DNA from: Eledone cirrhosa
Taxonomy: Eukaryota
Reading direction: 5' to 3'
Assembly: GCA_964016885.1 (NCBI GenBank)
Contig: OZ024752.1
Location: 24,428,001 to 24,492,000 of the forward strand
DNA: 64,000 bases
The translations under genes and the position numbers were made by a program. Each line of letters opens with the position of its first letter. The stretch's first letter is position 1. The notes beneath the pieces are model-generated. The model worked only from the letters and a program-made list of their open reading frames with translations. It was not told the DNA's origin and searched no databases. Positions 43,701 through 58,700 of the stretch are shown piece by piece.

Positions 43701-46700
43701 TATATTAAATTATCTATATTTATCTCCAAATCACTGATTTGTCGAGCAAACCTGCCAAAACCACTACTAAATTTTTTGGGGGGTGTTAGTAGGCGTCTGT
43801 CATCTTACCATCCCATTCCTACTGACTAGCCTCAGTATCACGTGATTGATTCTTTAGAATCGGCTATTTGACCAGTGGCCGTGAGAATTTTCAGTGCCTG
43901 GAATCCAGTCCTCGATAGCTGTTCCATTTACCGAATTATTATTATTTTTATATGAGTCCCCAGTGTCCGCGAATTGCCTGGAGACTTGGCTGAGAATAAA
44001 CCTCCCTGATGACGCAATGAAATTCTCAACAGTTCATTACGTAACTGTCTTTATCCCATTGCAGAAACTAATTAGTTGGAGTGAAAATTTAAGTAAGTTA
44101 ATTCTTTAAAATTTTTAAAAATAATTTTCTTATTTTACGTCTTTTATATTATTGTTCTGCATCCTCCTGCATTGAACCACCTAGGTACTATGACATAACC
44201 TGTGTATTTTCTGGCATTAGCGTACATCTGTGCGCTTATGTTAGTAGATATATTAAATTATCTATATTTATCTCCAAATCACTGATTTGTCGAGCAAACC
44301 TGCCAAATCCACTATTAAATTTTTTGGGGGGTGTTAGTAGGCGTCTGTCATCTTACCATCCCATTCCTACTGACTAGCCTCAGTGTCACGTGATTGATTC
44401 TTTAGAATCGGCCATTTGACCAGTGGCAGTGTGAATTTTCAGTGCCTGGAATCCAGTCCTCGATAGCTGTTCCTTTTACCGAATTATTATTATTTTTATA
44501 TGAGTCCCCAGTGTCCGCACATTGCCTGGAGACTTGGCTGATAATAAACCTCCCTGATGACGCACTGAAATTCTCAACAGTTCATTACGTAACTGTCTTT
44601 ATCCCATTGCAGAAACTAATTAGTTGGAGTGAAAATTTAAGTAAGTTAATTCTTTAAAATTTTTTTTAAAATTTTTCTTATTTTACGTCTTTTATATTAT
44701 TGTTCTGCATCCTCCTGCATTGAACCACCTAGGTACTATGACATAACCTGTGTATTTTCTGGCATTAGCGTACACCTGTACGCTTATGTTAGTAGATATA
44801 TTAAATTATCTATATTTATCTCCAAATCACTGATTTGTCGAGCAAACCTGCCAAAACCACTACTAAATTTTTTGGGGGGTGTTAGTAGGCGTCTGTCATC
44901 TTACCATCCCATTCCTACTGACTAGCCTCAGTATCACGTGATTGATTCTTTAGAATCGGCTATTTGACCAGTGGCCGTGAGAATTTTCAGTGCCTGGAAT
45001 CCAGTCCTCGATAGCTGTTCCATTTACCGAATTATTATTATTTTTATATGAGTCCCCAGTGTCCGCGAATTGCCTGGAGACTTGGCTGAGAATAAACCTC
45101 CCTGATGACGCAATGAAATTCTCAACAGTTCATTACGTAACTGTCTTTATCCCATTGCAGAAACTAATTAGTTGGAGTGAAAATTTAAGTAAGTTAATTC
45201 TTTAAAATTTTTAAAAAAAATTTTCTTATTTTACGTCTTTTATATTATTGTTCTGCATCCTCCTGCATTGAACCACCTAGGTACTATGACATAACCTGTG
45301 TATTTTCTGGCATTAGCGTACATCTGTGCGCTTATGTTAGTAGATATATTAAATTATCTATATTTATCTCCAAATCACTGATTTGTCGAGCAAACCTGCC
45401 AAATCCACTATAAAATTTTTTGGGGGGTGTTAGTAGGCGTCTGTCATCTTACCATCCCATTCCTACTGACTAGCCTCAGTGTCACGTGATTGATTCTTTA
45501 GAATCGGCCATTTGACCAGTGGCAGTGAGAATTTTCAGTGCCTGGAATCCAGTCCTCGATAGCTGTTTCATTTACCGAATTATTATTATTTTTATATGAG
45601 TCCCCAGTGTCCGCACATTGCCTGGAGACTTGGCTGAGAATAAACCTCCCTGATGACGCAATGAAATTCTCAACAGTTCATTACGTAACTGTCTTTATCC
45701 CATTGCAGAAACTAATTAGTTGGAGTGAAAATTTAAGTAAGTTAATTCTTTAAAATTTTTAAAAATAATTTTCTTATTTTACGTCTTTTATATTATTGTT
45801 CTGCATCCTCCTGCATTGAACCACCTAGGTACTATGACATAACCTGTGTATTTTCTGGCATTAGCGTACATCTGTGCGCTTATGTTAGTAGATATATTAA
45901 ATTATCTATATTTATCTCCAAATCACTGATTTGTCGAGCAAACCTGCCAAATCCACTATTAAATTTTTTGGGGGGTGTTAGTAGGCGTCTGTCATCTTAC
46001 CATCCCATTCCTACTGACTAGCCTCAGTGTCACGTGATTGATTCTTTAGAATCGGCCATTTGACCAGTGGCAGTGAGAATTTTCAGTGCCTGGAATCCAG
46101 TCCTCGATAGCTGTTTCATTTACCGAATTATTATTATTTTTATATGAGTCCCCAGTGTCCGCACATTGCCTGGAGACTTGGCTGATAATAAACCTCCCTG
46201 ATGACGCACTGAAATTTTCAACAGTTCATTACGTAACTGTCTTTATCCCATTGCAGAAACTAATTAGTTGGAGTGAAAATTTAAGTAAGTTAATTCTTTA
46301 AAATTTTTTTTAAAATTTTTCTTATTTTACGTCTTTTATATTATTGTTCTGCATCCTCCTGCATTGAACCACCTAGGTACTATGACATAACCTGTGTATT
46401 TTCTGGCATTAGCGTACACCTGTACGCTTATGTTAGTAGATATATTAAATTATCTATATTTATCTCCAAATCACTGATTTGTCGAGCAAACCTGCCAAAA
46501 CCACTACTAAATTTTTTGGGGGGTGTTAGTAGGCGTCTGTCATCTTACCATCCCATTCCTACTGACTAGCCTCAGTATCACGTGATTGATTCTTTAGAAT
46601 CGGCTATTTGACCAGTGGCCGTGAGAATTTTCAGTGCCTGGAATCCAGTCCTCGATAGCTGTTCCATTTACCGAATTATTATTATTTTTATATGAGTCCC

Positions 46701-49700
46701 CAGTGTCCGCGAATTGCCTGGAGACTTGGCTGAGAATAAACCTCCCTGATGACGCAATGAAATTCTCAACAGTTCATTACGTAACTGTCTTTATCCCATT
46801 GCAGAAACTAATTAGTTGGAGTGAAAATTTAAGTAAGTTAATTCTTTAAAATTTTTAAAAAAAATTTTCTTATTTTACGTCTTTTATATTATTGTTCTGC
46901 ATCCTCCTGCATTGAACCACCTAGGTACTATGACATAACCTGTGTATTTTCTGGCATTAGCGTACATCTGTGCGCTTATGTTAGTAGATATATTAAATTA
47001 TCTATATTTATCTCCAAATCACTGATTTGTCGAGCAAACCTGCCAAATCCACTATTAAATTTTTTGGGGGGTGTTAGTAGGCGTCTGTCATCTTACCATC
47101 CCATTCCTACTGACTAGCCTCAGTGTCACGTGATTGATTCTTTAGAATCGGCCATTTGACCAGTGGCAGTGAGAATTTTCAGTGCCTGGAATCCAGTCCT
47201 CGATAGCTGTTTCATTTACCGAATTATTATTATTTTTATATGAGTCCCCAGTGTCCGCACATTGCCTGGAGACTTGGCTGATAATAAACCTCCCTGATGA
47301 CGCACTGAAATTCTCAACAGTTCATTACGTAACTGTCTTTATCCCATTGCAGAAACTAATTAGTTGGAGTGAAAATTTAAGTAAGTAAGTTAATTCTTTA
47401 AAATTCTTTAAAAAAATTTTCTTATATTACGTCTTTTATATTATTGTTCTGCATCCTCCTGCATTGAACCACCTAGATACTATGACATAACCTGTGTATT
47501 CGCTGGCATTAGCGTACATCTGTGCGCTTATGTTAGCAGATATATTAAATTATCTATATTTATCTCCAAATCACTGATTTGTCGAGCAAACCTGCCAAAA
47601 CCACTACTAAATTTTTTGGGGGGTGTTTGTAGGCGTCTGTCATCTTACCATTCCATTCCTACTGACTAGCCTCAGTGTCACGTGATTGATTCTTTAGAAT
47701 TAGCCATTTGACCAGTGGCAGTGAGAATTTTCAGTGCCTGGAATACAGTCCTCGATAGCTGTTCCTTTTACCGAATTATTATTATTTTTATATGATTCCC
47801 CAGTGTCCGCGCATTGTATGGAGACTTGGCTGAGAATAGACCTCCCTGATGACCCAATGAAATTCTCAACAGTTCATTACGTAACTGTCTTTATCCCATT
47901 GCAGAAACTAATTAGTTGGAGTGAAAATTTAAGTAAGTAAGTTAATTCTTAAAAATTTTTTTTTTTTATTTTCTTATTTTACGTCTTTTATATTATTGTT
48001 CTGCATCCTCCTGCATTGAACCACCTAGGTACTATGACATAACCTGTGTATTTGCTGGCATTAGCGTACATCTGTGCGCTTATGTTAGTAGATATATTAA
48101 ATTATCTATATTTATCTCCAAATCACTGATTTGTCGAGCAAACCTGCCAAAACCACTACTAAATTTTTTTGGGGGTGTTAGTAGGAGTCTGTCATCTTAC
48201 CATCCCATTCCTACTGACTAGCCTCAGTGTCACGTGATTGATTCTTTAGAATTGGCCATTTGACCAGTGGCAGTGAGAATTTTCAGTGCCTGGAATACAG
48301 TCCTCGATAGCTGTTTCTTTTACCGAATTATTATTATTTTTATATGATTCCCCAGTGTCCGCGCATTGCCTGGAGACTTGGCTGAGAATAAACTTCCCTG
48401 ATGACGCAATGAAATTCTCAACAGTTCATTACATAACTGTCTTTATCCCATTGCAGAAACTAATTAGTTGGAGTGAAAATTTAAGTAAGTTAATTCTTTA
48501 AAATTTTTTTAAAATTTTTCTTATTTTACGTCTTTTATATTATTGTTCTGCATCCTCCTGCATTGAACCACCTAGGTACTATGACATAACCTGTGTATTT
48601 TCTGGCATTAGCGTACATCTGTGCGCTTATGTTAGTAGATATATTAAATTATCTATATTTATCTCCAAATCACTGATTTGTCGAGCAAACCTGCCAAAAC
48701 CACTACTAAATTTTTTGGGGGGTGTTAGTAGGCGTCTGTCATCTTACCATTCCATTCCTACTGACTAGCCTCAGTGTCACGTGATTGATTCTTTAGAATT
48801 GGCCATTTGACCAGTGGCAGTGAGAATTTTCAGTGCCTGGAATACAGTCCTCGATAGCTGTTTCTTTTACCGAATTATTATTATTTTTATATGAGTCCCC
48901 AGTGTCCGCGCATTGCCTGGAGACTTGGCTGAGAATAAACCTCCCTGATGACGCAATGAAATTCTCAACAGTTCATTACATAACTGTCTTTATCCCATTG
49001 CAGAAACTAATTAGTTGGAGTGAAAATTTAAGTAAGTTAATTCTTTAAAATTTTTTTTTAAATTTTTCTTATTTTACGTCTTTTATATTATTGTTCTGCA
49101 TCCTCCTGCATTGAACCACCTAGATACTATGACATAACCTGTGTATTTTCTGGCATTAGCGTACATCTGTGCGCTTATGTTAGTAGATATATTAAATTAT
49201 CTATATTTATCTCCAAATCACTGATTTGTCGAGCAAACCTGCCAAAACCACTACTAAATTTTTTGGGGGGTGTTAGTAGGCGTCTGTCATCTTACCATCC
49301 CATTCCTACTGACTAGCCCCAGTGTCACGTAATTGATTCTTTAGAATCGGCTATTTGACCAGTGGCCGTGAGAATTTTCAGTGCCTGGAATCCAGTCCTC
49401 GATAGCTGTTTCATTTACCGAATTATTATTATTTTTATATGAGTCCCCAGTGTCCGCACATTGCCTGGAGACTTGGCTGATAATAAACCTCCCTGATGAC
49501 GCACTGAAATTCTCAATAGTTCATTACGTAACTGTCTTTATCCCATTGCGGAAACTAATTAGTTGGAGTGAAAATTTAAGTAAGTTAATTCTTTAAAATT
49601 CTTTAAAAAAATTTTCTTATTTTACGTCTTTTATATTATTGTTCTGCATCCTCCTGCATTGAACCACCTAGATACTATGACATAACCTGTGTATTCGCTG

Positions 49701-52700
49701 GCATTAGCGTACATCTGTGCGCTTATGTTAGCAGATATATTAAATTATCTATATTTATCTCCAAATCACTGATTTGTCGAGCAAACCTGCCAAAACCACT
49801 ACTAAATTTTTTGGGGGGTGTTTGTAGGCGTCTGTCATCTTACCATCCCATTCCTACTGACTAGCCTCAGTGTCACGTGATTGATTCTTTAGAATTGGCC
49901 ATTTGACCAGTGGCAGTGAGAATTTTCAGTGCCTGGAATCCAGTCCTCGATAGCTGTTCCTTTTACCGAATTATTATTATTTTTATATGATTCCCCAGTG
50001 TCCGCGCATTGTCTGGAGACTTGGCTGAGAATAGATTTCCCTGATGACGCAATGAAATTCTCAACAGTTCATTACGTAACTGTCTTTACCCCATTGCAGA
50101 AACTAATTAGTTGGAGTGAAAATTTAAGTAAGTAAGTTAATTCTTTAAAATTTTTTTTTTTAATTTTCTTATTTTACGTCTTTTATATTATTGTTCTGCA
50201 TCCTCCTGCATTGAACCACCTAGGTACTATGACATAACCTGTGTATTTGCTGGCATTAGCGTACATCTGTGCGCTTATGTTAGTAGATATATTAAATTAT
50301 CTATATTTATCTCCAAATCACTGATTTGTCGAGCAAACCTGCCAAAACCACTACTAAATTTTTTGGAGGGTGTTAGTAGGAGTCTGTCATCTTACCATCC
50401 CATTCCTACTGACTAGCCTCAGTGTCACGTGATTGATTCTTTAGAATTGGCCATTTGACCAGTGGCAGTGAGAATTTTCAGTGCCTGGAATACAGTCCTC
50501 GATAGCTGTTTCTTTTACCGAATTATTATTATTTTTATATGATTCCCCAGTGTCCGCGCATTGCCTGGAGACTTGGCTGAGAATAGACCTCCCTGATGAC
50601 CCAATGAAATTCTCAACAGTTCATTACGTAACTGTCTTTATCCCATTGCAGAAACTAATTAGTTGGAGTGAAAATTTAAGTAAGTTAATTCTTTAAAATT
50701 TTTTTTAAAAATTTTCTTATTTTACGTCTTTTATATTATTGTTCTGCATCCTCCTGCATTAAACCACCTAGGTACTATGACATAACCTGTGTATTTGCTG
50801 GCATTAGCGGACATCTGTGCGCTTATGTTAGTAGATATATTAAATTATCTATATTTATCTCCAAATCACTGATTTGTCGAGCAAACATGCCAAAACCACT
50901 ACTAAATTTTTTGGGGGGTGTTAGTAGGCGTCTGTCATCTTACCATCCCATTCCTACTGACGAGCCTCAGTGTCACGTGATTAATTCTTTAGAATCGGCT
51001 ATTTGACCAGTGGCCGTGAGAATTTTCAGTGCCTGGAATCCAGTCGTCGATAGCTGTTCCTTTTACCGAATTATTATTATTTTTATATGATTCCCCAGTG
51101 TCCGCGCATTGTCTGGAGACTTGGCTGAGAATAGATTTCCCTGATGACGCAATGAAATTCTCAACAGTTCATTACATAACTGTCTTTATCCCATTGCAGA
51201 AACTAATTAGTTGGAGTGAAAATTTAAGTAAGTTAATTCTTTAAAATTTTTTTTTAAAATTTTCTTATTTTACGTCTTTTATATTATTGTTCTGCATCCT
51301 CCTGCATTGAACCACCTAGGTACTATGACATAACCTGTGTATTTTCTGGCATTAGCGTACATCTGTGCGCTTATGTTAGTAGATATATTAAATTATCTAT
51401 ATTTATCTCCAAATCACTGATTTGTCGAGAAAACCTGCCAAATCCACTGCCAAATTTTTGGGGGGTTGTTAGTAGGCGTCTGTCATCTTACCATCCCATT
51501 CCTACTGACTAGCCTCAGTGTCACGTGATTGATTCTTTAGAATCGGCCATTTGACCAGTGGCAGTGAGAATTTTCAGTGCCTGGAATCCAGTCTCGATAG
51601 CTGTTTCTTTTACCGAATTATAATTATTTTTATATGAGTCCCCAGTGTCCGCGCATTGCCTGGAGACTTGGCTGAGAATAGATTTCCCTGATGACGCAAT
51701 GAAATTCTCAACAGTTCATTACGTAACTGTCTTTACCCCATTGCAGAAACTAATTAGTTGGAGTGAAAATTTAAGTAAGTAAGTTAATTCTTTAAAATTT
51801 TTTTTTTTAATTTTCTTATTTTACGTCTTTTATATTATTGTTCTGCATCCTCCTGCATTGAACCACCTAGGTACTATGACATAACCTGTGTATTTGCTGG
51901 CATTAGCGTACATATGTGCGCTTATGTTAGTAGATATATTAAATTATCTATATTTATCTCCAAATCACTGATTTGTCGAGCAAACCTGCCAAAACCACTA
52001 CAAAATTTTTTGGGGGGTGTTAGTAGGCGTCTGTCATCTTACCATCCCATTCCTACTGACTAGCCTCAGTGTCACGTGATTGATTCTTTAGAATCGGCCA
52101 TTTGACCAGTGGCAGTGAGAATTTTCAGTGCCTGGAATCCAGTCCTCGATAGCTGTTCCTTTTACCGAATTATTATTATTTTTATATGAGTCCCCAGTGT
52201 CCGCGCATTGCCTGGAGACTTGGCTGAGAATAGACCTCCCTGATGACGCAATGAAATTCTCAACAGTTCATTACGTAACTGTCTTTATCCTATTGCAGAA
52301 ACTAATTAGTTGGAGTGAAAATCTAAGTAAGTTAATTATTTAACATTTTTTTTCATTAATTTTCTTATTTTACGTCTTTTATATTATTGTTCTTCATCCT
52401 CCTGCATTGAACCACCTAGGTATTATGAGATAACCTGTGTATTTGCTGGCATTAGCGTACATCTGTGCGCTTATGTTAGTAGATATATTAAATTATCTAT
52501 ACTTATCTCCAAATCATTGATTTGTCGAGCAAACCTGCCAAAACCACTACTAAATTTTTTGGGGGGTGTTAGTAGGCGTCTGTCATCTTACCATCCCATT
52601 CCTACTGACGAGCCTCAGTGTCACGCGATTGATTCTTTAGAATCGGCTATTTGACCAGTGGCCGTGAGAATTTTCAGTGCCTGGAATCCAGTCCTCGATA

Positions 52701-55700
52701 GCTGTTCCATTTACCGAATTATTATTATTTTTATATGAGTCCCCAGTGTCCGCGAATTGCCTGGAGACTTGGCTGAGAATAAACCTCCCTGATGACGCAA
52801 TGAAATTCTCAACAGTTCATTACATAACTGTCTTTATCCCATTGCAGAAACTAATTAGTTGGAGTGAAAATTTAAGTAAGTTAATTCTTTAAAATTATTA
52901 AAAAAAATTTTCTTATTTTACGTCTTTTATATTATTGTTCTGCATCCTCCTGCATTGAACCACCTAGGTACTATGACATAACCTGTGTATTTTCTGGCAT
53001 TAGCGTACATCTGTGCGCTTATGTTAGTAGATATATTAAATTATCTATATTTATCTCCAAATCACTGATTTGTCGAGAAAACCTGCCAAATCCACTGCCA
53101 AATTTTTGGGGGGTTGTTTGTAGGCGTCTGTCATCTTACCATCCCATTCCTACTGACTAGCCTCAGTGTCACGTGATTGATTCTTTAGAATCGGCCATTT
53201 GACCAGTGGCAGTGAGAATTTTCAGTGCCTGGAATCCAGTCTCGATAGCTGTTTCTTTTACCGAATTATAATTATTTTTATATGAGTCCCCAGTGTCCGC
53301 GCATTGCCTGGAGACTTGGCTGAGAATAGATTTCCCTGATGACGCAATGAAATTCTCAACAGTTCATTACGTAACTGTCTTTACCCCATTGCAGAAACTA
53401 ATTAGTTGGAGTGAAAATTTAAGTAAGTAAGTTAATTCTTTAAAATTTTTTTTTTTAATTTTCTTATTTTACGTCTTTTATATTATTGTTCTGCATCCTC
53501 CTGCATTGAACCACCTAGGTACTATGACATAACCTGTGTATTTGCTGGCATTAGCGTACATCTGTGCGCTTATGTTAGTAGATATATTAAATTATCTATA
53601 TTTATCTCCAAATCACTGATTTGTCGAGCAAACCTGCCAAAACCACTACAAAATTTTTTGGGGGGTGTTCGTAGGCGTCTGTCATCTTACCATCCCATTC
53701 CTACTGACTAGCCTCAGTGTCACGTGATTGATTCTTTAGAATCAGCCATTTGACCAGTGGCAGTGAGAACTTTCAGTGCCTGGAATCCAGTCCTCGATAG
53801 CTGTTCCATTTACCGAATTATTATTATTTTTATATGAGTCCCCAGTGTCCGCGAATTGCCTGGAGACTTGGCTGAGAATAAACCTCCCTGATGACGCAAT
53901 GAAATTCTCAACAGTTCATTACGTAACTGTCTTTATCCTATTGCAGAAACTAATTAGTTGGAGTGAAAATTTAAGTAAGTTAATTCTTTAAAATTTTTAA
54001 AAAAAATTTTCTTATTTTACGTCTTTTATATTATTGTTCTGCATCCTCCTGCATTGAACCACCTAGGTACTATGACATAACCTGTGTATTTTCTGGCATT
54101 AGCGTACATCTGTGCGCTTATGTTAGTAGATATATTAAATTATCTATATTTATCTCCAAATCACTGATTTGTCGAGAAAACCTGCCAAATCCACTGCCAA
54201 ATTTTTGGGGGGTTGTTAGTAGGCGTCTGTCATCTTACCATCCCATTCCTACTGACTAGCCTCAGTGTCACGTGATTGATTCTTTAGAATCGGCCATTTG
54301 ACCAGTGGCAGTGAGAATTTTCAGTGCCTGGAATCCAGTCTCGATAGCTGTTTCTTTTACCGAATTATAATTATTTCTATATGAGTCCCCAGTGTCCGCG
54401 CATTGCCTGGAGACTTGGCTGAGAATAGATTTCCCTGATGACGCAATGAAATTCTCAACAGTTCATTACGTAACTGTCTTTACCCCATTGCAGAAACTAA
54501 TTAGTTGGAGTGAAAATTTAAGTAAGTAAGTTAATTCTTTAAAATTTTTTTTTTTAATTTTCTTATTTTACGTCTTTTATATTATTGTTCTGCATCCTCC
54601 TGCATTGAACCACCTAGGTACTATGACATAACCTGTGTATTTGCTGGCATTAGCGTACATCTGTGCGCTTATGTTAGTAGATATATTAAATTATCTATAT
54701 TTATCTCCAAATCACTGATTTGTCGAGCAAACCTGCCAAAACCACTACAAAATTTTTTGGGGGGTGTTCGTAGGCGTCTGTCATCTTACCATCCCATTCC
54801 TACTGACTAGCCTCAGTGTCACGTGATTGATTCTTTAGAATCAGCCATTTGACCAGTGGCAGTGAGAACTTTCAGTGCCTGGAATCCAGTCCTCGATAGC
54901 TGTTCCATTTACCGAATTATTATTATTTTTATATGAGTCCCCAGTGTCCGCGAATTGCCTGGAGACTTGGCTGAGAATAAACCTCCCTGATGACGCAATG
55001 AAATTCTCAACAGTTCATTACGTAACTGTCTTTATCCCATTGCAGAAACTAATTAGTTGGAGTGAAAATTTAAGTAAGTTAATTCTTTAAAATTATTAAA
55101 AAAAATTTTCTTATTTTACGTCTTTTATATTATTGTTCTGCATCCTCCTGCATTGAACCACCTAGGTACTATGACATAACCTGTGTATTTTCTGGCATTA
55201 GCGTACATCTGTGCGCTTATGTTAGTAGATATATTAAATTATCTATATTTATCTCCAAATCACTGATTTGTCGAGCAAACCTGCCAAATCCACTATTAAA
55301 TTTTTTGGGGGGTGTTAGTAGGCGTCTGTCATCTTACCATCCCATTCCTACTGACTAGCCTCAGTGTCACGTGATTGATTCTTTAGAATCGGCCATTTGA
55401 CCAGTGGCAGTGAGAATTTTCAGTGCCTGGAATCCAGTCCTCGATAGCTGTTTCATTTACCGAATTATTATTATTTTTATATGAGTCCCCAGTGTCCGCA
55501 CATTGCCTGGAGACTTGGCTGATAATAAACCTCCCTGATGACGCACTGAAATTCTCAACAGTTCATTACGTAACTGTCTTTATCCCATTGCAGAAACTAA
55601 TTAGTTGGAGTGAAAATTTAAGTAAGTAAGTTAATTCTTAAAAATTTTTTTTTTTAATTTTCTTATTTTACGTCTTTTATATTATTGTTCTGCATCCTCC

Positions 55701-58700
55701 TGCATTGAACCACCTAGGTACTATGACATAACCTGTGTATTTGCTGGCATTAGCGTACATCTGTGCGCTTATGTTAGTAGATATATTAAATTATCTATAT
55801 TTATCTCCAAATCACTGATTTGTCGAGCAAACCTGCCAAAACCACTACTAAATTTTTTTGGGGGTGTTAGTAGGAGTCTGTCATCTTACCATCCCATTCC
55901 TACTGACTAGCCTCAGTGTCACGTGATTGATTCTTTAGAATTGGCCATTTGACCAGTGGCAGTGAGAATTTTCAGTGCCTGGAATACAGTCCTCGATAGC
56001 TGTTTCTTTTACCGAATTATTATTATTTTTATATGATTCCCCAGTGTCCGCGCATTGCCTGGAGACTTGGCTGAGAATAAACTTCCCTGATGACGCAATG
56101 AAATTCTCAACAGTTCATTACATAACTGTCTTTATCCCATTGCAGAAACTAATTAGTTGGAGTGAAAATTTAAGTAAGTTAATTCTTTAAAATTTTTTTA
56201 GAATTTTTCTTATTTTACGTCTTTTATATTATTGTTCTGCATCCTCCTGCATTGAACCACCTAGGTACTATGACATAACCTGTGTATTTTCTGGCATTAG
56301 CGTACATCTGTGCGCTTATGTTAGTAGATATATTAAATTATCTATATTTATCTCCAAATCACTGATTTGTCGAGCAAACCTGCCAAAACCACTACTAAAT
56401 TTTTTGGGGGGTGTTAGTAGGCGTCTGTCATCTTACCATTCCATTCCTACTGACTAGCCTCAGTGTCACGTGATTGATTCTTTAGAATTGGCCATTTGAC
56501 CAGTGGCAGTGAGAATTTTCAGTGCCTGGAATACAGTCCTCGATAGCTGTTTCTTTTACCGAATTATTATTATTTTTATATGAGTCCCCAGTGTCCGCGC
56601 ATTGCCTGGAGACTTGGCTGAGAATAAACCTCCCTGATGACGCAATGAAATTCTCAACAGTTCATTACATAACTGTCTTTATCCCATTGCAGAAACTAAT
56701 TAGTTGGAGTGAAAATTTAAGTAAGTTAATTCTTTAAAATTTTTTTTTAAATTTTTCTTATTTTACGTCTTTTATATTATTGTTCTGCATCCTCCTGCAT
56801 TGAACCACCTAGGTACTATGACATAACCTGTGTATTTTCTGGCATTAGCGTACATCTGTGCGCTTATGTTAGTAGATATATTAAATTATCTATATTTATC
56901 TCCAAATCACTGATTTGTCGAGCAAACCTGCCAAAACCACTACTAAATTTTTTGGGGGGTGTTAGTAGGCGTCTGTCATCTTACCATCCCATTCCTACTG
57001 ACTAGCCCCAGTGTCACGTAATTGATTCTTTAGAATCGGCTATTTGACCAGTGGCCGTGAGAATTTTCAGTGCCTGGAATCCAGTCCTCGATAGCTGTTT
57101 CATTTACCGAATTATTATTATTTTTATATGAGTCCCCAGTGTCCGCACATTGCCTGGAGACTTGGCTGATAATAAACCTCCCTGATGACGCACTGAAATT
57201 CTCAATAGTTCATTACGTAACTGTCTTTATCCCATTGCGGAAACTAATTAGTTGGAGTGAAAATTTAAGTAAGTTAATTCTTTAAAATTCTTTAAAAAAA
57301 TTTTCTTATTTTACGTCTTTTATATTATTGTTCTGCATCCTCCTGCATTGAACCACCTAGATACTATGACATAACCTGTGTATTCGCTGGCATTAGCGTA
57401 CATCTGTGCGCTTATGTTAGCAGATATATTAAATTATCTATATTTATCTCCAAATCACTGATTTGTCGAGCAAACCTGCCAAAACCACTACTAAATTTTT
57501 TGGGGGGTGTTTGTAGGCGTCTGTCATCTTACCATCCCATTCCTACTGACTAGCCTCAGTGTCACGTGATTGATTCTTTAGAATTGGCCATTTGACCAGT
57601 GGCAGTGAGAATTTTCAGTGCCTGGAATCCAGTCCTCGATAGCTGTTCCTTTTACCGAATTATTATTATTTTTATATGATTCCCCAGTGTCCGCGCATTG
57701 TCTGGAGACTTGGCTGAGAATAGATTTCCCTGATGACGCAATGAAATTCTCAACAGTTCATTACGTAACTGTCTTTACCCCATTGCAGAAACTAATTAGT
57801 TGGAGTGAAAATTTAAGTAAGTAAGTTAATTCTTTAAAATTTTTTTTTTTAATTTTCTTATTTTACGTCTTTTATATTATTGTTCTGCATCCTCCTGCAT
57901 TGAACCACCTAGGTACTATGACATAACCTGTGTATTTGCTGGCATTAGCGTACATCTGTGCGCTTATGTTAGTAGATATATTAAATTATCTATATTTATC
58001 TCCAAATCACTGATTTGTCGAGCAAACCTGCCAAAACCACTACTAAATTTTTTGGGGGGTGTTAGTAGGAGTCTGTCATCTTACCATCCCATTCCTACTG
58101 ACTAGCCTCAGTGTCACGTGATTGATTCTTTAGAATCGGCCATTTGACTAGTGGCAGTGAGAATTTTCAGTGCCTGGAATCCAGTCCACGATAGCTGTTC
58201 CTTTTACCGAATTATTATTATTTTTATATGAGTCCCCAGTGTCCGCGCATTGCCTGGAGACTTGGCTGAGAATAGACCTCCCTGATGACGCAATGAAATT
58301 CTCAACAGTTCATTACGTAACTGTCTTTATCCCATTGCAGAAACTAATTAGATGGAGTGAAAATTTAAGTAAGTTAATTCTTTAAAATTTTTTTTTTTAA
58401 TTTTCTTATTTTACGTCTTTTATATTATTGTTCTGCATCCTCCTGCATTGAACCACCTAGGTACTATGACATAACCTGTGTATTTTCTGGCATTAGCGTA
58501 CATCTGTGCGCTTATGTTAGTAGATATATTAAATTATCTATATTTATTTCCAAATCACTGATTTGTCGAGCAAACCTGCCAAATCCACTACTAAATTTTT
58601 GGGGCGTTGTTAGTAGGCGTCTGTCATCTTACCATCCCATTCCTACTGACTAGCCTCAGTGTCACGTGATTGATTCTTTAGAATCGGCCATTTGACCAGT